A DNA stretch of 64,000 nt from Phoronis australis (lineage: Eukaryota > Animalia > Phoronida), in the NCBI GenBank assembly GCA_002633005.1, contig NMRA01000031.1:1087004-1151003 (forward strand), given 5' to 3'. Both the position numbers and the translations under genes were made by a program. This document shows, piece by piece, positions 14,101 to 26,100 of the stretch; within the stretch, counting starts at the first letter, position 1; each line of letters opens with the position of its first letter. Under the pieces are notes generated by a model. That model saw only the letters and a program-made list of their open reading frames with translations. It was not told where the DNA came from and ran no database searches.

Positions 14101-17100
14101 AAATGTTTGTTTTTCCCCAGATGAAAATTTGAGAAATATTGACATATTGCCCATATTTTCCACATCCGGGTATGCAAGGCGGTCCCAAAAGAGCCTCTGT
14201 TGGGGGCTTTTTTGGACTTATTTTTCCAAAAGAGCCACCATACGGGCTTTTTTGGTCACATGATACTGTTTTCTTAGTCTGGTGTTTTTTTGTTTAGCTA
14301 TCTGGAAAATTATTAACTTTCTCAGTGCTGCAGCATGTATTGTACAAGACAACAGTAATCAGACAAAATATCGTTTTCCCCATCATAACAGTCAATTCTG
14401 TTAACAGCAAAAATTACTGTTAACAACTTACTGTATAAGGTCATATCAAAGGTAATCACTTGGGCATTTGCCACAAATGTCCCAGGTGTCGGAAGACATT
14501 TACCCAAATGTTTTATGTACAAAGACATTTGCTTACCTTTCATAAAATGTAGTATTTTAGCCAGCCGAGACTGATGACTCTCAGTAAACTAGTTCTAATT
14601 CTGATATTTCTTTTTTGTCTTGGCATTCTTGCGTGTCTGTGCCTTTTTTAAATGTAATTTATTGCCTAATATCATATTTTTGTATATTAAACATGTGGTT
14701 GTTCACAAAGTTGATGCGTAAATCAAAATATGGTAAAATGTTGGGCAAAGATATTTGCTAAAATTTCCATTTCTTGATTTTTCAAGGATTTTTTGCAAAT
14801 GTTATGAATGCCTTTTATTTCACAAAACATGAGGTGGTAGCTATGGTAACAGAACTTGAACAGGAAAACCTGTTAATTTGGTGCTAAATATCTTCCATAG
14901 AAAAATGAGAAAGCAAAATTTCACTTGTCATCCATGTTGTTTCCTTAATTGGCGAGATTTTAGCGTAGAAGTTAAAAATGAAAATCATTTCCTTGGTAAG
15001 GTCCGTGTCCAACTTAGCGTTGTTACTAGTGTATCACTTCCTGTTTTACATGTAGTTCTCAAAAAGTCTGTATTACATGCAAGTTCGGGTTGTGGGGACA
15101 TCTGTTGGTCTCTAATTGTTGACTGCCAATCTGTCATCCGAAGCTCATGGCTGGTGCATCAGAGCTATTTGCACACATTTTGTCAATAAAGCGGAGGATG
15201 ATGCGCCATGGAGAAAACTGCATGGAATTATTACCGCCTTATCTTTTACTTTCCTGTACAGTTAAAGCCAGTTAAATATAAGGGCGGCAAAATTCGGAGT
15301 ACAGAATAGCTTAATTGCTGTGCTAACAGTCCTGTTAACTCCCCTTAATTCTTGATCATGAGAGAGGAGTACTCTGACGGTGAATTCAGCTCCTGCCCGG
15401 CCGCCATGATGGGTAATTCGGGAGCATTTTGTCTGAATACTTTTGGCTCGTACTGTACCGTATTGGATGGGGTACCCGGAATTGTTCTCTTGTTTTATCG
15501 TGATATAACATATCAAGACTCTGTCAACAGAGGGGAAGATAACAAAATGTATTTTGATCACCGGTTACGACCAAAAGTTTAGACGCAGTTTACACCGTTG
15601 TTTTTTTGATGATGGCTATCTTTTTTCCGAGAATGCTCGGTTTGGTAAAGGCTGTGGAATGTATTTGCAATTTTGTTTTTACCGGTATACACGCATTTAA
15701 GGTGATGTAGCACCTTATCAACAGTTCTGTTCATTCAGCCAGAAATATACAAGCATGATTCATCCCTTAATATATTTTCTGATAGTAGAAAGGATTTGAT
15801 TTTTACCAATTTTCCATTGATTTTATCACATGACCCTGCCGTGCACAACATAGCCTGAAGTAAACTTGCAGTATTAGTAAAACAATAGTATCAATGACAT
15901 GTTCAGTGTGAAAGCTTATCACGTTACTTTTGTGTTATGCAGTTTTTGATTTCGTTCTTAAGATTCATTAACGTCCGACTTTTGATAGTCCCCTCTTGCA
16001 AAAGTGGAACATTTTCAAAACAATTTGGACGTACATCCTTTTTTAGAACGGAACAAGAAACATACAGTGCCTGAAAGTTTTATTTGAATACGATCAACCA
16101 CTTCAAGATGTGATGCCAAATTTGGATGATATTCTATAGTCCTGCAGTGCTGTATCATACTGCCCAATTAAAACACCATGAATTTAAATATTTACTTTGT
16201 TTCCTACTGCAGGTAAAATGGTCATTATTAAATCGAAGGGTGCTACAAGTTGGCATCTCGAGAAACACCAGCTTAGTGCGTGGACTGAGTGCTTCAAAGT
16301 ATGAGTTAAATGTCGTGCGTGCTAGCTCACGTGAGGTCACGTACAAGTTGACAATCAAAGATGTTAGTCTCGCCGACGCTGGAAGCTACATGTGCGCCGT
16401 CAAGATTAACGGCACGAACAACTTCCCACGGCAGGTGGTAATGTTGAAAGTTGTTGGTAGGTGGCACTTTCTGTACTAGTTTTTTGTACTTGGCAAGACA
16501 AGAAAAATTAGATTTGGCATATTCACGTGAAATGGTACAGTTGTTTACACATAATTTCATCCCAACATCTGCGTTTATATCTTGGTGGGGCGTGACTTGC
16601 ATTTCTTCCAGGTATTTTTCGTCTGTTGTTTAGCTCAAAACTGAGATATATGGCGCTCTGAAATTGTCAGGATGCGATAAAAGAACATCTAATTGTTCTA
16701 CATGCACGGAGCTGTACTGCTTCAGATATCCCTGTATTCAAAAACATTGTGCCCTTAAGTTCTATTAAAGCAGCCCAGAAGTGTTTAGACTTTTTCCACT
16801 GTAACAGAAGTGTTTGTAATACTTGTTGTTTAGTTAAGATCTGCAGATACACATTGCTATCACAACACAATTCAGGCTGCACTAGGTACGCCTCACTCTG
16901 GATGGAGAAAGAAACTTGTTTGCTCTCTCATCAGTCATCTGTGAAGCAGAGTTGGTCTGGGCCCCGTTATCTGTTCTCCTAGCTTTAGTGTTTACGTAGT
17001 GCGGTGACCCTGCAAGTTGAATTCTTGCCTCCATTCCTATTAGAGTCCAGCTGCAGAATTTGTTTCTCAAACCGTTTACTCCACCCTTCAGCGCTGGACA

Positions 17101-20100
17101 AATGTCCCAAGAGAGCTTCAATGAACAGCTATAGTATTATGCCCTAGGCTCATTCCTCGCATTACAGGATGTTACTGGGAGATAACTACTCCTAATTGTT
17201 GTTACTTCATACTTGACCGCTTAGGAGGTAGCAAATTACTTCAAGGTGTAGAATTGACAGTGGTGTTGGTGTCGCCTCTGTCTTGGGGGCACTTTGGGTG
17301 ACTTCTGCTGTTGAAATTCACCTGGTCAGAAGTCGTTAAGTTTGGATGTCAAAGATGAGTAAATAATTTCAAGAAATCTTTGTTGCTTATTGTATTCTGT
17401 TTAAGTTTCCAAAAAGTATAATTATGACTAAGCCCCTTACCGCTACAAAATTGGTCTCGAAAATTTTCTTGTCTTGTTAGGACTTCATTTCAAATTAGTA
17501 GGGTATGTTGCATAACAATAACTTCAAGCTGCCAGTTTCCAAAAACAGACTACGTCATTAGAAATAAAATTTTGTGGGTTTTTTTTGACATCCATACACT
17601 GCAAATTATGCTAAAAATTGACTAAAACTTTCTTACTTTAGTGGATAAATTGTACAACATAAAATTACACTGGACGGTCATACTAGTTGCTAAATAAGTG
17701 AAAAACTACTGTAGGTTCAATGCTGGAACTAATGCTTTCGTAAAATCTCTGCCACACGAAGTCACCAAGTCATTCTCAAAATGTCCAAGCCCCCTCTTTA
17801 AATTCAACCCGGCTGGGTTCTTGCAGGAAGGGTCAAGTTTGACCCAAAACATGACTACATGCGACGACATCTACTGGTTCTCACTCGCACTTTACAATGC
17901 TTAGTCAGATCCCATTCAGTTTTTGTGACATTTTGTATATTGTACTGCGAACTTTTGGTATAATGGGGCTCTCAGTGAGAATCGTTGTTGAAATTTGTAA
18001 TTTTTATTTGTTGAACTGCCATTCCTATGATACCTCAGTTATAAGTAGTTTGACTTGATGGTCTTTTTATCAGTTCCTCATGTGGTGGTATGCGACTCAC
18101 ATGTTACTTCAAGCAGTAGACGATGGAATTGAAGCAACTTGTTAAGGTTAAAACTATAACGCAGTATTAACAAAATAGGTCAAACAGTTGGCTGAATGTA
18201 AACTAGTAATGTCTATCTTTTGAAAACTTGAAGCAAAATCAAGATGTTGAAAGTTTTGTTTACGTTTAAAGTTAACTTGAAACAAACAGTCACAAGAATT
18301 CCTGTGCTTCTTATTTGGAAGACTGCAAGCAAAATTGGAAAAACCAAGGTCAATTCACCTTAGCTTGTTCTGTCATTTAGGGATGATTCTGTATAGGTAA
18401 AAATTAGCATTTAAAATTCATTTGTTAGTTCAAACAAAATATAGACCTGACTTGAATAGTTATAAAATGACTTAGTTGAACAGGAAGGTACTTGGCTGTA
18501 TTTTTAACAAAGGGTGGAGCTTAAACATTAGTATACACGCCCTTTTAGAGAGGGAACTAGAAAAAAAAACAGGCTGTATTTGTAGAGAGTCCAGACATTC
18601 ACATCTAGGGAGTGTCCAGGGTGTACATTTGGACAGTAAATCAAGTTTAGACATTCTAGTTAGGATGCCCAGCCCAGTTCAACATTTTGATGGGCAAATT
18701 AAGTAAGCAAGTAAAAGTAAGCATGGTTGTCTCCTTTAAGCTGCTAACAGAAGTCCTGGGAGCTGGTTGCCCTGCTCTGAATAAAAATGTTGGTTTAAAA
18801 GTGATGCAAGATACAAAAACTAGTGCTGACCCATGTCTCCACAGTAACCTACTACAGTGTTATAGCAATTCAACTTGGGGTCATAAAACGCTGACATAGA
18901 TGCCCCGAGAATTTGGGAAACCCTTTTTGGATGCTAAAAGAAAAGTAAATTTTCCCAAAAAGTTGTTTTTGTTGAGAAATTTCACCTGTCTGCCACAGTG
19001 TGTCCCGAACTGAAGAATTTTTAGCATACACAATTTTCATGTAAATATATTATGCATGCTTCTACCATTGTGTAGATATGTGTAGTACTTGGAAAAATGA
19101 AGTTAAAAACCTGTTTGTTGAGTCCCCGTCTGTCTTCCTTCCCCGATTAACAATATAGTCAAAACTTCATGTAATTCAAAACTAAGATTTTAAAAAACTT
19201 TACAGTCTTTTAATGAAAAGTCAGCGGACAGTAAAAACAGTATTTTAGGCTATGCGTAAAGAGCAGAACAACTCTAACTTATGCGTTTGTTGCATTTTGT
19301 AATGCTATGCCTTAAAATATGCAAGTTGTGTTGTTTTTAATTTACACAATCGGGGGGTTGGTACATGAATGGTTTATGCTAAGCGCTGTCCACACACAGA
19401 CTTACCATAGAACAAGTTACTCCTGGAACGAATTGTCACTAGATTTGAGGGCTGTGTGGACGCTATTTAAACTGGTACAACTTGCCGCACTTGTGACAGC
19501 TTACTGCACTTTATCAAGGTAAGGTAACTTGTTCTAGGGTACCTTGAACTTCTAGTCGCTGTGTGGCAGCAAACTTGGGGCAAGGTGGAAGTAATTATTT
19601 GTTGTGGTTACATACAGACAGGTCTCCTTTTGCGCCCTTTTGGCATCAGCTGTTCATTGAGTAACAACTTCTGCCGTACCCTAGTTATAGTAACTAAGTT
19701 GGACTTGTGCAAGTTGTTCTAGGCTAGGCGGTGTGTGGATGGGACTTAGGTAATAAAGTGTTCTATAATGAAAATGATATGATGACAAATATGGGTCCGG
19801 TCCCTATTATTATAAAATAGCAATGCGTTAGAAAAGGGCAAAGGTCAACGTCTCCTGACTATTTTTACATTCATTCACTATTAAGTGAGTGGGATGTGTC
19901 CAGATTAGTTGAGATGTGATGCATCAAAATGTGTCCATTCTCATCAGTAGAAGTTTCAGAAATGCCATCTCTAATGTTGTTACACATGAAAAACAAGACA
20001 GTGCTTGTTCAAGTAGATAAGCTTATTAAATTATGATATTAACCAGGACAAGCTTGGGTGCATAATGCCAACTTCATGACCTGACTCGCAAAGGGAGTCG

Positions 20101-23100
20101 CGTGCCAAGTAATGGGGTCTGTAATTGTATCCTCTCTGTGTTGGCCTGTTTTGAAACATCACTGTGAAATATCACCTATTTAGGACACAGTATGGCAGAT
20201 AAATGAAGTTTTGTCTATACTAAACTATGAAAAGGCAATGCTTTGAGGAATTTTCAGCATTCACGACAATCAAGTCTTTGAAAAATAACAAAAGTTTAAG
20301 TTTCACAATTATTTTTGTCCAAAATTGGTGAGATGTTACTGTAGTTAACATAGAAGGTTGATTAATTTAAAATACATGTTTTGTACATGTAACTGTTGCT
20401 AGCTGTTAGAAGCACATGGCATCAGTTGATGTGTGATACATATGCACTAACTTTAAATAATTCTGTTATTGGTAATAATAGAATGATTATAAGGATAGTT
20501 ATTTTAGTAAATTGGTCATTTTGATTGTAACCTTGTGTTGTTTTGCTGTTGTATAAAGCTGGAGATTTAGAGCTAGTCTGCTTTCTGGTGTGAATAGTGG
20601 GAAAATGTTAGAATAAATTGATGTTGTGTCCGAGGTTCAGCAAAATGCTCACTGTCTTGGGCTGTATTCATTTAGAGTTTGAAAGTGATATAGCTAGAAC
20701 ACTTTGAGTTAAACTGTTTTAAATTCATCACGCGAAACCAAAGTGTTTCAAGCAGGAACGTTTTAAAAGGTCTTACGTAAGCATAATTTTATTCCTCCCA
20801 GAATTATGCTTTTTTCTGTCTAAAAAGAGAGAGCGTTAATGAACACCATGCTGAGTGTTGTGTCATATCGTGTAACGTGTGTCAAACGACAATTTGAAGC
20901 TGTTTTAGCGATATCAAGTTTGCCATGTGAACTCAATGCATTTTAAACAAAATCATTTTAGGTAGAATGTTATGAATCAGTGCTTGTGTGAATCAATGCT
21001 TAATTTGTCCTCAACCGTTTGTTGTTTGTAGAGGAATGCTCAGCCGACCTGTTTGAGTGCCGTCTTGAACACAACCCAGGTCGGCGGTGTATCTCCTGGA
21101 ACTGGGTATGTGATGGGGATCCAGACTGCCCAGACGGTGAAGACGAACCGGACAACTGCCGTAAGTTCGGCCTTCCTGACACTTCTACAGAGACAAAATG
21201 GCAACATTTTGTAAACTTTATACCTCTCTTGGTCGTGTTAAAACTTGGGTTTTCTAAAAAATCCAGGGATAAAGTTTAAATCAAACACAGCAAAATATGG
21301 TTCTTCAAGTTATTTAAGACCTTATTGACAAGTATTTTGCCAAATATCTGCAAAATTATAGGTTTTGGCCTGATAGAAGTCACGCTTATACTGTTATGCT
21401 TATACTGATGGTAACTGAACTATCTGCAGTAATGACTTTGTTACGTACGCGACCAAGGAGTTTAAATAATTCTACAAGCGCACCTCTAAAATCCAGGTAC
21501 GACCCTGACACTGAAACTCCAGGCTCGGACCAGAAGACACCTTACCCACTGTACAGATTCATTTGCGCCCCTAAACTCCATGCATGCTCTGAAAATGATC
21601 CATACACACTGATCAAACTTTCTTTCCGGGGACTAGATTCTGTGGCTGTATCTCTAATTCACAGTTGGAATTTAGAGGCATGGCGGGGAGTTTAGGGGTA
21701 CAAATCTAAGGATTTGTACCCCTAAACTCTAGGCCACTCTTGTACCACGGGTTTGCTGTCTGCTGATCCAGGACGGAGTTTAGGGGACTATGGGTGGAAT
21801 TGAGATATTGATTGTGTCCCTTGACAACATGTTGCTAAGTAATCAGCTTACCACTGCTATTCATAGAAAAACTAGCATTGCATAATGTGACTTGTGGGAA
21901 TTTGGTAATTAATTGCAATTTGTTGAATTATGCTCGTAATCGATAATTAACTGTATCTGGGAGAACATTTCAAAAAAACAATGTCGACATTTATTTACAT
22001 AAATTATATATTATGCAAATTTATTTACGGTGTAATGACCTGCAAACTGATTTCATTAAATTTGTTGACCACAAAACATGGGTGTGAATGTCAAAATGGT
22101 CTTCATGTAGTACTGCATGAGGAATTTACAAGCATAAACAGAAGTTTGAATAGTGGTGGTCACTGTTAGCATAAATTATGCAAATTTTTCATGAAACACC
22201 CTGCAAACTTGTCTAATTCACTAACTTTGCAAGAAGCATGAGTAAAACGTCAAAATAATCTGTCTGCAATCCTTATTAAGGAAGCTTTTAGTTAAAACAG
22301 TTATGCGTTATGGTGCCCATAATTTTGCTAATTTAAAAATGTTCAACCCTGCTTAATTGCTTCTAACCATGAAACAATCCAAACACTTTATACTAACTCA
22401 TTGTTGAGGCTCAATGAATGAACTGACCCCACGTGTCAAGCCTACGCATTAGGTCTGGTCTTGGGTGACAGTGGACAAAAGGTCTTTCCAAACCCAAGAT
22501 CACTTTAAATAATTAAAAGAAGCTTAATTTTTAGTGGCTGTAAAATTCAGGGGTGGACATCTAACAGAACACTGCCATTTGCCCCAATGGATATTATATT
22601 TTTGGAGCTTGCGCGGTTTGGTTGTTATGTGTTTCTACTGTTCACTGAGCACTGCTCCAACAGTGAATAAGTCATTGTCATGATGACCCTGGGGCTGGTT
22701 CAGAACCAGCCACAGGGTCATCAACTCACCATTATAAGTCTATGTTCATAAACGATGGTTTAAAATCATCTTCACATGTTGCCGCATTCATTAAAACGTG
22801 GTGGCTGCTGTTTTTGCTTTTGAGGATGCTATTTTATTTGACGCCGAAATGTGTCATGCTGGTTTAAATCCATTGTTTTTATCAAGATATGCTGTTCCTT
22901 GATATCGTCGAGAATATAAGGCTAGTATTTTATTGAACTTCTATACTTTACACTTTTACTTGGATGGGATGTTGGAATTTTTAAATCGTACAATCAAAGT
23001 TTGCTTGCAAAATTCAGAAGTTTTGTTATTTACACATATAAGTGTAAAATCAGTGTTCCTCACATGCAACACCTCACAAACCTGCTCACTCTGAAACATT

Positions 23101-26100
23101 TTACCGTAATTGCTGTCTTGAATGCTATTTTAATTGTCATTCCAATGCAAAATTCTAAATTTAATTACCATTCTATAACCCGCTGAGAATACTTTATTTT
23201 AGTCAGCAGATGCCAAGTAAAAGCAGGGACCACCTACCGAGACTGCTGTTGATCTTGCACAATTATCATAATAACTTAGTAATGATACAGGTCATTCACT
23301 AATTGCTAACTATTAAGGAAAATAGGAAAGTTAATTTAGCTAAGTAATGTGTTTGTAAAAGCAGCAATTAGAATTTGCTTGTAAATGCTAAAGTGAATTA
23401 AGTCTTGTTTTGTAAACAATGTCGTTCACGTTTGCACCACAATCTTCCTCGACCTATTCTAGAGCTTTACTTTAAATTAGTTAATGGGTTGAAACTGCAT
23501 GAGTCAAAGATTAGTGTGTCTCATAAAGTCGAGGGAAACAGTTGTAGAATGGTGGTATACTATAACTCAATGTTTGTTTAATGGGTGTGTGTTTGTAATG
23601 TTTTATTCGTCGCTGATCTTATACATGATGGAGGCCATTTTTCTGTCCTGCCAAACCTACTTGTGAATTTTTTTCCTGGCTGTGAAATTTCTCACAAAAT
23701 GGGAAGATGTATTATTTTAATATTTTTTCTTGCCGATGAAAGCATTTCCATAATTTTAGTAGTTTTTTATGTTAAAAGATTTCATTGCTACAGTAAAAGT
23801 CGCAAGTAATCGGACAAAATACATTTTCCCACATCACGGCGGCTAATCCTGTTAATAGCAAAAGTGACTTCTATTAAGTATCACGAGGGAAAAATAATTC
23901 CTTGGCCACCTTTAAGTTACTAAGGTTACTGTTAATTATGGTCATGCGGGAATTTAGTACTCTGACGATGAACTTGTCGTCTGCCCAACCATTGGTATGG
24001 GGAATTCTGGGTAATTTTATATGAATAGTTTTGACATTTAGTGTACTTGTCTCCAACATTCTACGAAAATAATCTTTAAGTGTCTCAATTTCCAAGTGTT
24101 CAATCAACGTTAGCAATTCACCAATTCGGGATAGACCAGAATTTGAGACTCAGAAATTGCAGCAAAAATAAAATTTCTTGATTTTGTAATTTGGGACAAG
24201 GGCGATTTTGGCATGTACCGAGTTTCTCAAAATTTCGGACAGTGTTTTCAATGTGCAAAGTAGGTGATTCTTGAATTTGGAACGGCCAATATTGCGTATT
24301 TCTAGAATTTGGAACAGCCAGTATTGCGTATTTCTAGAATTTGGTACAAGCTCCGACCTTGAGCAAAAAAGTGAATGTTCACCGTTCCAGTTTGGAGAAT
24401 TTTTGCCGTAATTAAGGAAACATTAAATATCCTGACCAGATGTTGTGCTGAATGCTTTCTCTATGGTTCTTGCATGGGGCAAATCTGTTAGTTTAGATCT
24501 GTGGAACATTTTGGTCAGAGTAAAGTCTTTGCATGACTCCACAATTAATCGTTTCAGCGGAAGTCACCTGCAAAAGTGAACAGTTTACCTGTAACAACAA
24601 CAAGTGTATACCTATGAGCTATGTCTGTGATCGAGATAATGACTGCTCAGATGGCTCGGACGAGACAATTTCAGCATGTAAGTATGATTGATTGTGTATT
24701 AATTTACAAGTGCTGATAATTTAGTTTGAAAATTTGTAACACAAGTAAGTGTTCGCTGCATAGTCCTGCTCGTTTTTCAGGAAAAGCTTACTTTCTTAGT
24801 TTCAAAGTTCTCAGGGCAGGGGTGTTTAAAATATTTGCTTCTTTCTCTGCATGACTTTTTATGCGCCCACATAGTTATATGTGGACGCATTATGCCATCA
24901 TCCCCATCTGTCCGGCGTCAGTCCGTTGTTCGTTGGGCATCCGTCCGACGTCCATCTGGCGTCCGCTGCTCTATCTCCAAAACCCTTCGACGTATGTTCA
25001 TGAAATTTTGCACTTGTTTTCCTTTCCTGGATGGAACAGTATGAGCAAACTTTCGGACATATCCAATTACTTTTTACGTTTACCTCTGTATCTTCAAAGG
25101 CACTCAATGTATTTCATAAAATTTGGTATGTAGGCATCTATTAGTGAGATGACGCTATCCTCCCGTTTTTGGATGGATTCGGCAAAGTTTACGCCATCTG
25201 GTGGCCATTTTTACTGTTTTCGAGTCTTTTTTTTGGCATCCACCCCTCTATCAAGCAAACTGCTCTAAGAGTGACTGTGAAGATTAGCATGTATGTTCTT
25301 ACTATGAAGGAGACGGCTGACGATATTTTTCCGACGACTTCGACTACTGTGGCACCTCCTAGTGGCAGTTTTGTTTTTTTTGCTCCCATGGCTATATCTC
25401 CTAAATCGTTTGGAGGATCTTTTCTAAAATTAAGAAGTGTATTTATATGATGTTGGCAACGGACAACGACAACTTTCGGATGGATCTGAACACCAGTGTG
25501 CCCCTAGTGGCAATTTTATTTTTTTACATTTACCTCTGTATCTTCGAAGGTCCTCAACAGATTTATTTTCATAAAATTTCGAAGATAGGCATTTGTTGGT
25601 GAGATGACGTTATCTTCCCGTTTTTGGATGGAATGGAGGTATTTTGTGCCACTTACTGGCCATTTTTGCTGTTTTCAGGTCTGTTTTTTGGCGTCCAACC
25701 CTCTATCAACAAGACCATTCTAAGGATGATTTTGAAAATTGGTGTATATGTTCTCATTGTGAAGAGAGCGGTTGATGATGATGACTTTGACTACTGTGGC
25801 GCCTCCTAGTGGTAGTTTTGTTTTGTTTTGCCCCCATAGCTGTATCTCCAAAACCCACTGCACAATCTTAAAGTTAGTAAGTGTATTTATGTGCAGCTAA
25901 CTACAGACGACAATGACATTTTTCAGGCAGATTCAACTAACACTGTGCCTCCTAGTGGTAATTTGATTTTTTTCCGTTTTCCTTCTGAAGTTCCTCGCCT
26001 GATTTTTGAGATTTGGTAAATAGCTTTCTATCAAAGAAGCTATGGCATGTTTTTGTTTTCGGACGGATTCGACGTTTTTGCGCCATCCAGTGGCCATTTT

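Noticed and set aside
15262-15700. TTAA-flanked, CpG-rich segment as a Kolobok/piggyBac-like element; ORFs 15262-15561 and 15352-15582
   Set aside because: The terminal inverted repeats are too weak and the ORFs have no recognisable motifs.
16989-17147. Peptide [12 protein letters not shown] resembling an Ig G-strand, suggesting a second Ig exon
   Set aside because: In-frame stop immediately upstream, no Cys/Trp Ig core and no suitable donor; probably chance.
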